Part shown: positions 11,944 through 26,237 of the stretch, in pieces
Layout: every line of letters begins with the position of its first letter
How positions within the stretch are numbered: the first letter of the stretch is position 1
NCBI RefSeq assembly: GCF_025526975.1
Contig: NW_026515680.1
Span: forward strand, 744,001-786,645
DNA length: 42,645 nt
Origin: Fimicolochytrium jonesii
Taxonomy: Eukaryota
Direction: 5' to 3'
The notes under the pieces: generated by a model
Told to the model about the DNA's origin: nothing
Databases searched by the model: none
What the model saw: only the letters and a program-made list of their open reading frames with translations
Translations under genes and position numbers: made by a program

Positions 11944-14049
11944 ATGGTTCGCACTGGCCACCTATCACCTACGCTGGTCGGCAGATTCCTGCCGGCAAAG
12001 TCATCGGCGTTTTGCGTCCAGCCTCGCTTTTTGAAGCAGGTCCGCACGTTACACACAAACTCAATCACCAATAGCAACAGGGCTGAGCGACGGTCGGACC
12101 GGAGGTCTTCTGCACCGGACTGTCGCACTAGCTTCTGCAAGCAGCAGGTTAGTTCTTCTCTCCTTCCCGTGGCTCAATGAAACGGCAATTGGCTTACCAG
12201 TGCGTCAACTTCTAGACACGGTCGTTTCACTCTACTCGTGAGTTCGCGCAGAGAACTTGCCTCGATTGTGACGAGGGATTCTGCTGCTGACGCTCACCCT
12301 CTCTTCCTCATCTAGACGTACCGCGGAAGGCGAAAAGGGATGCGTATAAAGTCCTGGGGGTGGAAAAGAACGCGACTGCGAGCGATATCAAGAAGGCGTA
12401 TTACAAGGTATGGCACCTTTTCATGGACTGCGCGCAAACCATAGAACTGCGGCTGAACTCTTTATCATTCCTTTTAGCTTGCTCGGGACTTCCATCCAGA
12501 TACGAGCAAGGACCCCAGTGCAAAGGAGAAGTTCATCGAAGTGCAGGAGGCGTACGATGTAGGCTCCATTGTCCAAAATTCGTCGTGCCGGATTCCGTTT
12601 ACTGATACGAGCGCTCGGTTTTCCCCATCCAGATATTATCTGACGACTCGAAACGTGCAAACTATGACAACTTCGGGCATGCAGCGTTCACTGGAGAACA
12701 AGGGCCGACGGGGGCTGGGGGTTTCGGCGGCGGGTTCGGTGGCGGCTTCAATGGTTTTGCAGGGTTTGGGGCAGGCGGTGGAAATCCATTCGGGGCTGGT
12801 GGTATCGGCCCAGAAATCTTTGAGCAGCTCTTCGGAGCTGGGTTCGGAGGGCCGAGATCTGGCGCGGCAGGCGGTCGGAGTGGATTCGATGCAGTAGCCC
12901 GACCCATCAATGTGAACATGCAAGTACCGTTCATGGATGCCGCCAAAGGATCGAAGAGATCTATCACGTTCGAGGCCATCCAGAAGTGTAAGCCGTGCTC
13001 CGGAAGCGGGTTGAAACCGGGCGAAAAGTTAAAACGATGCTCGGTTTGCGGTGGAAATGGCCAGGTGGGTTTTTATCGACAATGTCCACATCCCGACGGG
13101 AACACAGGCTTACCTTTCGGTTGAAACTTTATAGATATCCTATGTGCGAGGCGGTTACCACATGTCGACCATGTGCGACGCATGTGGCGGCGCAGGATCC
13201 CGCATACCGCCAGAGTCAAAGTGCAACACCTGCGATGGGATTGGAAGAGTGAAGGGCAGGCGAACAGTGGAGATCCAGATCCCGCCAGGAAGTTTTGATG
13301 GACTGGAACTACGACTGCAAGGGCAAGGGAATGCGCCTCTCGAAGGCGACGGACGGGATGGCGATCTGTTCGTGCGTCTGAAGGTTGGTATCTCCCATAG
13401 GAGCCTTTGATTCCCCTTCTGCTTTTACTGACGGCTGTTGTTCTAGGTCCAAGAGCATCACTTGTTCAAGCGAGATGGGCCGAATATCAAAGTAGAGGCC
13501 GAAGTACCTCTCGAGAAAGCCTTATTGGGAGGCTCAATACGCATTCCCACTATCGACGGCGAGGTCGAACTCACCATTCCACCAGGAACACAACCCATGG
13601 AGCAGAAACGCCTGAAGCAGCGCGGGGTAGCCAAACTCGACGGCCGCCCCGGCGATCGCGGGGACCAATACGTGACATTACGGGTCAAGCTCCCCAAGCA
13701 CTTGACCGCGGAGCAGAGGAAGCTGCTGGAGCAAGCCTTTGGCGCCCGGTCGGACAAGGCATCATCCTCTCAGGCAAGTAGCCCCGGGAAACAGACGTCG
13801 ACTACTACTGCAGAGGCTGACGCGAATGCCGACGATGCTGCTGCCTCTCCTGCCAGTAAGAAGGGGCGCAACAACTCCCCGAAGAACCGTGATAGTGCCG
13901 GTGCGGAGGAGGAGGGGAAGGATCATAAGGGGTTCTTCCGCGCTGCTTTGGATAAGCTAAAGAAGGGCGTGCATGCTGACAAGGCGGATGCGGCGGCGGA
14001 TGATGCCGCGAAGGGGCAGAAGAAGGCTGGTGCTGGGGAGTCGTCGTAA
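11944..14049 (+). CDS. MDJ1: Mitochondrial type I DnaJ co-chaperone; includes a 22-nt exon at 12216-12237
   Basis: Presequence ending RSFHST; J domain DAYKVLGV...LARDFHPD; G/F-rich linker; four CxxCxGxG repeats; C-terminal FKRDGPNI...GDQYV. Confidence 0.9.
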
Positions 14050-14505
14050 CCTGCGAAGCACAGCACCCCTTGAGATGCGACATCATTCACATCAATCAAC
14101 GCGTAGGGATTGATGTTGGGTCGACGTGACCCCCCCCTGCGCTCTTTATTTCCTGTCTATAGTTCATCAGCGACAGCATAGCGAGAATACCATCGATAGA
14201 GCTACCTTCACTTGTGGAAGAACGAATACATATGTGCATAATCTTAACCTTCATTCATACCTCACGTCGTTAGAAGAAGTTACAAATCCCATCCACATGC
14301 TTTCTTGCGGGAAAAACTGTGGTGACTCAACTGCGACGCGCGGTGCATACTATCATGACCTCAGTTTCCCTCCAGATTTCTCGTCCGGAAATTATCACTC
14401 TCGCAGGGACCGTATTTTGTGCACAGAGAAGTGCGAATCGCCGTCTTCAAAGATCAAGAACAGACACAAGAAACAAGTTTGGCATCTTTGGGCCTGCAGG
14501 GTAGT

Positions 14506-17500
14506 ATGACGGCACGGGAGCGTGGTACGTATCCCACAAGCCATTCCACATGTGACGCGATCTCCAAGTAGTGTGGGAACTATGAAGTCCGCAAACTGAC
14601 CTGCGAAAACCCCGTTTTCCCACGTCTCATCCATCACAGAAGGCAAGAAACGCAAAACCCTCGACACGACCCAATCCACGCTCGACAGCTTCGCTTCCCG
14701 CAGCAGCAGCACCCTCAATCCAAACCACAACGGGGGCGGAAGCGGCAGTGGGAAGAAACTGAAACTGGGACATAACCAGCAGCAAAAGGGGAATTTAACC
14801 ATAACCGCAAAAGACGGCGCGGCGCAGATGGATAAAGGGAAGGGGAAGGAACCGGCGTACTGCGTTGCTGCGGATGGGGGTGGTGCCGCTGCCGGGGCTA
14901 CGGGGACTCGGCCGGGGCTGGCGAAGCGGGATGCGCCGAAGAAGTTGGTGATCAAGGCGTTTAAAGGTGTGTGGGGTTTTCATCATCACGCGCGAGTAGA
15001 CGAGTGACTGATCAATGTATTTCTTGTAATGTACAGTCAAACCAAAACTCCCCGAAAACTACGTCGCAAACACCTGGTCACGTCTCGAACAAGCCGTGCG
15101 CGCCATCCACTCCCAGCAGTCAATTCCGGATAGTCTGGAGGAACTGTATCAGGCGTGTGAGAATCTGTGTTATCATAAGAAGGCGGATGAGCTGTATGGG
15201 AATCTGAGGGCGTTGTGTGATGGGCATGCTCAGGCGGAGTTGAGGAGGATCGGGGAGAGGTGGGCGTTATGAGAGGGGGATTGATTTTGATTATGTGGGA
15301 TGACAGCTTACGCCAAATGGGATCTACAGCACAAGTTCGACTGCGTCTATCTTACACGTTGTGAACGACTCGTGGGTCACGTACTGTCGGCAGATGGTAA
15401 GAGCCTGCCATTCAGGTGTTGAACCTGCACATGCTGGAAACGGACTGACCGCTCGGGGTATCACTCTAGATCTTGATTCGAAGCATATTTCTCTATCTGG
15501 ATCGCACATATGTCCTGCACACCTCTGGCTTACGGTCGCTGTGGGATATGGCCTTAGAACTGTACCGGCAAAGGATATTAGACGACTCGCATCCGTTGAA
15601 ATCACGCTTGGTACACGCTCTTTTAGCGGAGATTGAGCGAGAGAGGTATGCTATATTCCAATGCTGGTAGTCATCCCGCGTACTTCGCCTCAACATGTAC
15701 GACAGAAATGGGGAACAAATCGACCGCAACCTCCTCCGTTCCCTCCTCCGTATGTTCATGGACCTCTCGATCTACTACTCAAGCTTCGACACCGTGTTCC
15801 GAGATGCCAGTGAAAAATACTACCAGCGCGAAGGAGGGCGGCTGGTATCGGAACTCGAGGACCAGCCGGCAGGCGGACCCGCTGTGGGGCGGTACTTGCA
15901 GCATGTAGGAGCAAGATTGGCGCAGGAGGTGGAGCGGTGTACGGCGGGCGTGGGATATCTCGATTTGGGAAGCCGGAAGGGGCTTTTGGCGATTGTGGAG
16001 AATATGCTGGTTCGGAAACATGTGAAGGCGTTGTTGGATAACGGTTTGTTGCAGTTGCGGACGTGTCTTGGTCGTGTTGCGGGAAGTGACCGGTACGGCA
16101 TTCTCATGTTCTAATGGATTTCAGGGCTGGACGAATTGATGGACTCATCAAGTATAAAAGAGTTGGGCCAGCTGTATAGTCTGTTCTCCCGTGTTGGAGC
16201 GTTGGACCAGCTGCGGACGGCTTTCGTCTCCTATCTGAGGGTACTGTCACAATCGCCCCCAGAGTTCAACTCCTGCATAGAGCCATGCAAAAGCTAACCG
16301 TCAATACCAACCATACCCAGAAAACCGGCCAAAAAATCGTCACATCTCAAGACGAAGTCAACATGGTCGACGACCTCCTCGCCTTCCGCGACCGCGTAAT
16401 CGACATCATCAAAGAATCCTTTGCGTCCAGCGACACGATGCACAACGCCATGAAGGAGGCGTTTGAATTCTTCATCAACCAGCGGCAGAACAGGCCTGCT
16501 GAGCTGGTTGCTAAATGGATCGACGCTAAGCTGAAGACGAGCAAGGGCGTGACGGATGAGGATTTGGAGGCGCAGTTGGATAAGTCGCTTTTGTTGTTTA
16601 GATACATCCAAGGTATGGAGAGCTATATGTGAGGTGGGGAAGTATGTCCGCTGTGGCTCGGATGCTGATGACGTACGGACTGCTCGCAGGAAAGGATATC
16701 TTCGAGGCGTTTTACAAGAAGGACCTTGCAAAACGTCTCCTTTTGCAAAAGAGTACCAGCGTGGACGCTGAGAAGAGTATGCTCAGCAAGCTCAAAATCG
16801 GTAAGTTTCCTTCATGTCTCCTTAGTATTTTCTCATCCGGCACCGTCCCCTAACCGCGTGTTGTCTGAAGAATGCGGTCCGGGTTTCACATCGAAGCTCG
16901 AAGGAATGTTCAAAGACATCGAAATATCAAAGGACTACATGACGAGCTTCCGGGAGGTACTTTGAATCGACTAGCCATAAGCCCTTACGTGCCACTTATG
17001 CCACCTTATAACGCTACAGTCAGCAAAGTATACCACCCAACTGGGCAACATTGATTTCTCGGTCAACGTCCTGACACATGGGTACTGGCCAACATATACG
17101 CCTGTGCCATGCCTTGTTCCTCCGGAGGTACATAATGGTTCGCTTGGGGGTGCTAAGGCGGACGGATGACTCACTGGGATGGGGACATCATCAGATAGAG
17201 CAATGTCAGAAAGTGTTCTTGGAGTTCTACGAGAGCAAGCATAAGGGACGACGGTTAACGTGGCAGAGTCTGCTGGGATCTGGGATTTTGCGATGCGAGT
17301 TCAAGAAGGTAGGGACGCGAACTGCATGAAGGGGGAGGAAATAAGGGAAGAAACATTTGGCATACGTCCCATTCTGACACCGACGACAGGGCAAGAAGGA
17401 GTTATCGGTCTCTCTCTTTCAAGCAATGGTTATCCTACTCTTCAACGACTACGAACGTCTCACCTATGCCGACATCGTCAAGCTAACCGGCCTCGACGAC

Positions 17501-18032
17501 AAAGAAGTCACCCGAACCCTCCAATCCCTCAGCCTCGGCAAACTCCGCATCCTGAACATCGACCAAAGCGCCTCGTCCCCCACATCCGCCGCCTCGCCGC
17601 GCACCCCCACAAAAGCCAAAACAAAAGACCTGCACTCCGACGACGCCTTCACGGTCAACGACAACTTTGACAACCCGCTGTACCGCATCAAGATCAACCA
17701 GATTCAGATGAAGGAGACGGTCGAGGAGAGGGATAAGACGGAGGAGGGCGTGTTTCAGGATAGGCAGTATAGTGTGGATGCGGCGGTGGTGAGGATTATG
17801 AAAAGTAGGAAGAGGTTGAAGCATAGTCAGTTGATTGCGGAGCTGGGGAGTGCTTTGAAGTTTACTGCTAAGGTGAGTGCGGTTTGTCCGAATGGCCTCT
17901 CGTAACCTACCTGACTGACCAACAACGCGCTCCCAGCCGGCGGACCTGAAAAAACGCATAGAGAGCCTGATTGACCGGGAATACCTGGAACGAGACGCCA
18001 AGGATTCCGATGTATATGTGTACCTGGCGTGA
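14506..18032 (+). CDS. CUL4: Cullin-4, multi-exon; start at 14506 inferred (alternative 14828)
   Basis: [17 protein letters not shown]...[46 protein letters not shown]; neddylation domain [32 protein letters not shown]...YVYLA*. Confidence 0.92.
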
Positions 18033-19694
18033 GAAATGCTGTTCGCGTTGAACCTGCTCCCCTTCGCCGCACTAGTGTACCTAGCTAGCTCGCCTAGATG
18101 TTTTCCGTATACCATCCCGGTTTTTGTTTTCATGGGGCGCCACAGGCACGTTTTTTGTGCTTCCTTTCATATGGAATATAATACTGGTGCCTTTGGAGGG
18201 TTGTATATACCCTAGCATATTTGAGCATCCTTGCAAGAGACCTGAGTATATTTGATGTATGCATGCTTTCATTGGGATTCTGGGGCCGAATCGGGGAAGC
18301 AAGCCACACAACAAAAGTTGTCCGATATGAACGTGGCCGTTAGTCAGTGCATCGCCGCGTCGGGAAGTAGTCAACGCATCTAGAGACACCCAAGTTCTTC
18401 TCAGACAGGGTGGTGCCTGTGATGGACCGGGTCATAGTCGTGACCACCACGACATTCACCGTGTCCCTCCCACAGCGCAAGGTCTCCTGCGTCGGCCACA
18501 CAGCGCCAGACGCACGCGGGGGGCTACATGCTTCCCCCTACTCGTTCTTGAAACCAGTCGAGGCTGCTGATGAGACGCCCGGACGCATGGTCGGATCAGA
18601 CGCCGGCGAGCATGCCGCGGCTGTACATACATAGCATCCAGCACTGCCGTCATCATAGGGGCTTGCGTACCCTCCGCGTACAGTACATGCCTCCGTGCTC
18701 AGTGAGGCAAGTCCGCATCCGATGTTCCACCACATCACCGATATACAATTGCTGCCTTCGTTGAAGACGCTCTCGGTAGGCCGCGAGCCGGTGACGACAG
18801 GCGCGTAGTCTGTGTCCGACCAGTCGTTGCTGGGATCTTCGAAGCTGCGATCGAATACGGTCTGCACGGGGTCTTTGTGTACAAGAAAGTCGGCCTCGGG
18901 AGTCGGGGAAGCACGCCCCCATTCTGCTGTGTGGAAGAGACGTTCCAAATTCGCAGTAAAGCCGAAAAAAGAAGATTAATCTTAAGGAGCAACGACGTGC
19001 CGATCACGTGAGCAGACGATAACGCAGTCCATGTCCGAAAAAGTCAAGTCGTGGAGCAGCATCTCATCTCGGGTGTGACTCTGGCATAAAGAGCGAGGGA
19101 GTTGAGCTTCCTCCTCCTCCTCCTTCCCTCCTCCTCCTTTCTGGTTTAGCCTCCGTCAGAACTGCGCCAGAGGTCCTTTCACATCGCGTTTTCTCTTTAG
19201 CCGACCTTGGATCATGGATACATTTTGCAGAGAAAACCATGCAGGCGACAGAGGCGACGCCAGCCGATGGCTTGGAATGAAGAGGACGAATTAATTTCAC
19301 CCGGAGCCTGAGGCGAGCGAGAGTCGGATGGGCGCCAACCGACGGTTCCGATGGCGCCAACAACTGCAACCAAAAGCCAAGAAGAGCCGGCGGGGGCGCC
19401 ACTCCCCATGGTTTCCCCTCTTTCGGCCAGGGATATCATCATCTGGCAGTGGCAACGTATGATGATCGTTGGTGATAGAACGGGATCCAGACGCATTATC
19501 CGTGGATTGAGAGGGCGCTGTCATTTTATGCGCACGACTTGCAAATCAGAGCGGCGCCGGAAAGGCAAGCCTCGGGGTCCAGGAAACTCACACTTGCTCG
19601 AAGTGTGGAAAAGCGCTTTTGACATCTCACCCGGGCACACACCATACACCTTGTCCATTCCCCTTTGTCTCCACAGCATACAGTCTTTACAGCC

Positions 19695-21311
19695 ATGGCC
19701 AACTACCAGGACGGCGCTTCGTTCTATGACGGTGGCGCTCGGCAACAGCAGCAACAACAGCAACCTCCGCCAATGCCTCGTAGCGCATTGAAGAACGGCA
19801 CGGGCAAAACTCGGCAGAAGGACCCATACCTGCCCAACATCCAAACCAGCCAGTTCGACCGCCGCCAGGACCAGCACCCCCAGCAGGGTTACAACGGGTC
19901 CCAACAGCAACAGCAGGAGCAGCCGTATAGCGGCTCGCAGGGTTATGGCAGCTCGCAGCCTTACAGCGGCTCACAGCAGCCGTATAGCAGTGCGCAACCA
20001 TACAGCGGTTCGCAACCTTTCAGCGGCTCACAGCAGCAGCAGCCGTACAGCAGCAGCCCGCAGCCTTATGGCGGGCCACAGGCTTACGGCGGTCTTGGCG
20101 GCTCGAACGCCAATGGCGCCGGTGGTGGCCGTGCCAAGTCGGGAATTGACAACCTCCTCAACGACCTAATGGGCGAGCTGGACGACGTACCAGACCCCGC
20201 CATGGAGCACGAACGAGGGGCAGGCCATACAGCCCCGTCTCCCGCCCCAGCACCAGCACCAGCACGAGCCCCGGCATCCCAGTTGGAAGCCCCGCCGCGC
20301 CGCCGGCCCCCATGTGCCGGCTGCGGGCAGGAGATCGCACGGTCCCGGGATGCGTACCGGATCGAAGCGCTGGGGAAAGTATACCATATCCGCTGCTTCA
20401 GGTGCACGGTGTGTGAGGGCGACTTTGACGAGTCGCGGCCGTTTGTGCCGCATGATGGACAGGCGTACTGTGAGGAGGATTATCAGAGAGTGTTGGAGAC
20501 GAGGTGTGCTGGATGGTAGGTTTTCGAGACGAAAAAATGCTCCTGGTTGTTGACGTGCGAAGGTGACTGATCGGCACCCGTCATTTGGTGGGAAATAGCA
20601 ATAAGAGCATCTCTGGGAAGCCTGTCTACGCACTCGGAAAGCCATGGCATCAGGAACACCTGAAATGTTGCGCTTGCCGCAAACCCGTCCGAGGCAAAGT
20701 GTTCGAGAGCGAAGGCAGGGTGAGTGATAAACTACGACCGTTTTTGTGGGGACTTCGGGAGTGGTAACTCATCTCACCCCACACCAGATATACTGCGAAG
20801 AAGACTACCAAGCCCTCGTCGCCGAAACCTGCCGCGGCTGCGGCACGCCCGTGCAAGGCGAGACGATCAACGCGCTCAACTCGACCTACCACAAGGAATG
20901 TTTCGTGTGCACGACGTGCCGACAACCCTTCCAGGGCCGGCGCTTCTACGTGTTTGACAACGACCCCGTGTGTCTGCTGCATTACCATGAGCGTAATAAC
21001 TCCCTTTGTGGGGGGTGTCAAACTGGAATCGAAGGTAAGAAACTCGTATAGGTTGCATGCACGTCAGCGGTGATGCCTCACCCACTCCCGTTATATCATC
21101 ACACACAGGCCCCTGCGCAGATATACCCGAACTGGGCAAACGCTTCCACCAAGAATGCTGGTGCTGCGCCCTCTGCCAGGCCTCGCTCATGGACAGCTAC
21201 TACTCCTTTGAGGGCCGCGCTTACTGCGAGAAGGATATCGCCAAGGTCTACCGCGCGGAAACCCCGGGGCAGAGGGCTAATAAGCGGCAGACGCTGCTTT
21301 TGAATCTCTAG
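19695..21311 (+). CDS. Paxillin-like protein with an LD-like motif and four LIM domains
   Basis: N-terminal QPYSGS repeats and IDNLLNDL. Four CxxC...HxxCxxCxxC...C domains, beginning CAGC, CAGC, CRGC and CGGC, are spread across four exons. Confidence 0.85.
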
Positions 21312-22203
21312 GGATGCAGAAGGGGTTGCACCATAGACAGGCCGGGCGGGGTGGATGCACGAACTGGATTGGGCGTTGAGATTGCGTACCGGTCGATGGG
21401 ACTTTCGGCTGTGGCCCCGGACAAATTATCCCGGGCTCGCGGCACCACAGACTCCAAAACGAACCATGAGATCAGGACGTGTTCCAGAAACTTTTCTTAT
21501 AGATATTTCCCTTCACATAGTCACAGTAAACCATTACACTAGATAGACAGACAATAGCTTACTCAAACCGGACACCTTTTTCTCTCAAATGGAGTAGTAA
21601 CGTAGTACAGTATATATGCAATGACAATATGATAGAGGTTTCGATATGCAAACTGCGGAGCGCGATGTGAGCTACGTTCAAATATTCATATTTACAGGAC
21701 GGATGGTGGGTCATGAACAACAGCTGTCGTGGGGAACGCTCTCTGTAAGGTTTGCTACTGTAGGTACATCCATCCGTCCGTCCCATCCCTATGTCAAACT
21801 GCACCCCATTCGCCACCAGCCAGCTAGTCAACACGTCCCCGCCTTCGATGAACCGCACCCATCGCCCCCGTGGCAACCTCCCCCCACTGATCCGTTGAAT
21901 CCAATCCCCATCGTCTGCTTGCCGTTCACCGCATGTTGTCCATGAAATCGTATCCGCGAAGGATCAGCAAGAGGGGCCCGGTTGGATGCGTTTCTCGCAC
22001 ATTTGCGGTAATATGCTTCTCTCCCATGAGCGGAACAGTTCTCGCGTGGTTGTGTCGTCTCGCGAGACGGGCGTTATCCCTATGCGTGTCGTAATCACTC
22101 CCCTCCCCACCTTTCCGCGCGCAACAATGACTCCCTCGCAGTCATCCACCCTCCATTATATATACATACATCCCTCGTCCCACTTCCATCACGCCTCCAT
22201 CTC

Positions 22204-24239
22204 CTAATGCAACCGCTTCTCGACATTGACCCCCGACTCCTCATACTCCTGCTTCGAGATCCACAGCTGGTGGAATGTGCCGAGGGAGGCGAGGATGGAG
22301 CCGCCGATCCAGGGGCTGAAGCGGCGTTCGGTTGTTTGACCGGCTGCTTGGATTTTGGTTTTGAACTGTACGGGAACCAAGAGCGGATGATTAGCTCTAC
22401 GTACATATGGAGTCACACCACACTCGGGTAGGACGCTCTAATCAACTCCGCTGATACATACCCCAGGCGCCGCAATCAACAGCTCGGAGTGCACACGGTC
22501 CGCAAAGCCCGGCAGCAGGGTATTCGCGCCCGTGAGCACGACATTGGGGTACAGCAGCGTCCGTAGGTCCGGATCGCACATGTTGATGCTGTTCTGTATC
22601 AGGCGGGTCACGCTGATCGGTTCTAGGTTGGCTGCTTCTGGGGGTTGTGATGGGTCCTGTTTGCGATGAGATTGGTAGTAAGCGTGGGCAACATATTGCA
22701 ACGGGCCCAGTGAAACGAGTTGAATACGGTACCGGCAACACGTATTTTGGAGAGAACATGGATTCGGTGATCTTGAAGCGCTCAATGCCGAAGATGTTGT
22801 TGTAGCCGTCGGGGAACTCGTAGTTCTTGACAGGCCGTTGTAACAATGCTCTGGGGATACGAAGTTGCAAGGTGGTTAAGTACGTACTATCAAACTTATT
22901 CGTGCAGCGCAGTGTACATTAAATGACATGAGGACTTACGTTTCATCGAATTGGAACTCGGACACGTGGCATACTGTTTCCTTGAACTCGTCGATTGCGC
23001 GCTAGAGCACGGTAGGGGATTGTCAGCTTACGTGATTCGGGAAGTCCCCTTTCCCCCGCGGGCGCTGAATCCTAACCTCAACAGCCAAGCGATGGTACGA
23101 CGGACGCGTGTTTGGTCGTTCCCTCAAGTCATACTTGGCGGGCTGCCCGGCATCGACGGCTTGTTTGTTGGCGACCAAGTACTGTGGGGTGACTTTGATG
23201 CCCAGTTGGTCGAGGTATAGGAGAGCCTGATCGGAGATGAAGTTGCCTGCAAAAGGCTGCTTTTGTATGGCTGCGGATATTCAACGGTCGGTTAGTCAAC
23301 CATTGCTCGGTGTGCATTATGGGGAGGGGAGAAGGTTGGTGGTTTCTACGAACCTTTTTTCAGAACGTATCCATCGACGACCGGCACAGCGCTTGTCATC
23401 GCACCGCCCGAATCCAATACCAACGCCGTCGACCTCCCAGCCGCGAATCTATCCACCGGTGAAAAACCCCAGTCAACATCTCGCCACAAGCACATCGCTA
23501 AAACCTGCATCAAAACACATACGCAGCCAGGACAGCATTCCTCGCAAGGTAGAAGCAAGGCACGTTATATTTTTCGAAAGCCAGCTCGATCAGCTTTTCC
23601 CTCGATTCCCGCGGATTCCATGATGGCTCGCTGAGAAGTAATGGGTGTTCGCTGGAGTCCACTCTCAGGCGCGAAAATGCGTGATCCCACAGCGCTTCAT
23701 ATGTCTCCCAGTCTTCCACTAAACGTGACCGCTGGCGTGAGCGGCCATAGAAATGTACATACGTCCAAGCAAGGTCTGCCGTCCATCTCACGTACCGACA
23801 CCCTCCTTGAGCGGATTCTTCAACTCCACGTTGGGCTGCCAGGGATACAGCTCCGTCTCGCCCACAAAGCGCTTTGGCTTCAACTTTTTCCCTTTCGGCT
23901 TTGCAGAGTCCTCGCCCTCTGCTTTGACCTCCGACCCATCCTCCCCTACCATCCCGCCCGTCGTCGCGTTATTCGACTCGTCGGTGTCCATTGGCGCCGC
24001 GCCCGTGTCGTCGGGGTATCCAACCCATGACGGGTATACTGCTTTCGGAGTGTCTTCGCCCGCGTATCCGACTTTGCTGGTCGAGGAGCCGATGTCGAAG
24101 ACTAGGGCTGAGACTTCGTCTGCGAAAGGAAGGGCATTTTGCTTTAGCCGTAGATCACCTCGGGGATCGACGCGATGGTGGTGGCACGACAGACAAGTAA
24201 CTGCGCCCACGTACCTCCCCCGTAAGTAGCTGTTGTCAT
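22204..24239 (-). CDS. ARP4: Actin-related protein 4 (BAF53/ACTL6), multi-exon
   Basis: [85 protein letters not shown]. Confidence 0.93.
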
Positions 24240-24487
24240 TGCGACGAAGGATTTGTATTCACGCTGCCCCAGGTTCACAGAGGCTAGGATGCAGGGTTGT
24301 TGCAGAGCCTGTGCACCGAGAAGTGCAACCTCGAGGGGGGGCATTTATTGTCGCGGCACGTGAGCGCAGCCTCGCATTAAAGTGCTTTCGGACATGCGGT
24401 CTCCTCATCCATAAGCTCCCATCTTTGTCCTGGAAACTCCTTCCAGACGCAGCAGAAGATTGATAGATACCTCCGTAGCCCTTCAAT

Positions 24488-25853
24488 ATGGTGAACATCA
24501 TCTTCAAATGGCTTGTCCCTATTCTTGGAGTAAACTGAACCCTTTTCGTCAAATAGACACAACCCAGGCGCTCGAATCGGCGACACGTGGTATGTGGCGG
24601 CGCGATACTGCACAAGATGCAGAGTAAGAGTCCATGAAACAAAACCTGGGAAATCTCACGCGATGGTGACCGAACTAGCAGGAGGACCACGAGGAAGAAG
24701 AGGAGGAGGAGACACAGGATGTTCCCGAGGCTCAACAACAGAATCAGCCTTCGCAGTCGGTGCCGGCTGCGTTGAGATATGTGCAGACGAATATGTCGGA
24801 GGAGGTAAATCATCGACCCGCCGGCTTTTATCCCTTCACCCTGAGGGTCTGACCATTCATGTAGGATGTAAATCGAATGGTGAAAGACCTCGTACGGCTC
24901 GCATTAGCGATGGAGCAGCGGCGGCAGCCGTTGAAGAGGGAGGATATCACCAAGCGAGGTGAGACATCATTTCACCTTGTCCTACATATGGCGCCCGGGA
25001 TCGGCTGACGAGACATCTGGTGATTATGCTAGTACTGAAAGACCATCCCCGAGCATTCAACGTGGTGTTTGAGCGCGCGCAGGAGCGGTTACGGAGCACA
25101 TTTGGGATGGAGATGGCGGAGCTGACGACGAGGGACAAGCGGCAGACCGCTACTCAGGCTGCGCGGAGAGGTGAGAGAGGGAGAGAAGCAGGGCTTTTAG
25201 GAGGAGATTCCCGTAGCAGCATCCCGTGCTGAAGACACCGCCCATTTACGAATGTGCAGCGGCCACAGCGACCCAAACAGCCAAAAGCACATCGACCAGG
25301 AGCTACGTCCTCCGCTCCACTCTCACACCACAAGAACGCGCGGCCGTCGTCGATTGGGGCGATGAGGAGTTCGTCATGGTACTTCTGTGCATCATACTGG
25401 GAATCATTCTCGTGAATGGAAAGCGGATCGAAGAAGGTAGCAGAACAACATACGTGTCATGCTTGTCTGAGAAGTAAGCTCACAAACCCTATCTTCCTCC
25501 CACCAGGCGACCTAACAACCTACCTAAAACGCCTCGGTCTCAACCTCACCTCCCCCCGCCCACACCGCACCCTCGGCCTCATCTCCGACCACATAACGAC
25601 CTTCACAAAACACGCCTACCTCGACAAAGTCAAAACCCCCGGCGTCGACGCGGACGTGGTCGAGTACTCCTGGGGCCCGCGGGCGAAGGTCGAGTGCAGT
25701 GAAAGGGATATGGTCGCGTTTGTGGTGGGGGTGTATCCGGATCTGACGGTGGAGGTGAGGGAACGGTTGGAGAGGGATGTGGGGCGGTTGGCGGGGTTGG
25801 AGAGGGAGGAGGAGGAGGGGGAGGAGGTTGGGGCGACCGGGGTGGGGGCGTAG
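24488..25853 (+). CDS. NSE3: Smc5/6 subunit Nse3 (MAGE family); 5' exon structure tentative
   Basis: RMVKDLVRLALAMEQRRQPLKREDI; FERAQERLRSTFGMEMAEL; SYVLRSTL; LLCIILGIILVNG; YSWGPRAKVE. Confidence 0.85.
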
Positions 25854-26237
25854 AGAGGTCGAGATTTAATACTTGCGACGGACGGGAGGGTGGCGTAGAC
25901 GACAGATGCCGGCTCATGTATGACGCCCGGAGGGTTGCTTGGACGTACCCCCATGGGCGTAGCACACCTCACGACAGCTTCATTCGCAATTCGAAGAAGG
26001 TCACTGCATATGCATTATATACCGAACGACCCCCGCTTTCCCACTACATACAGAGTAGGACCACATCTCCTTACATACAGTGTACATAATACATACAAAA
26101 TGCATCTCCCTGCGCTATGCAATACCTCTCCGTCATCCCCTGGTGCTATGCGTGAATAAATATAAAGATCGGGGGACAAAAAAGGCTATATACGGGGCCT
26201 AGCTACTATCCCATCTGACAAAGACGCAAGCCTCCGT

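Noticed and set aside
18538..18948. 136-aa minus-strand ORF in the CUL4-LIM gap
   Set aside because: No ATG start, recognisable domain or convincing exon structure.
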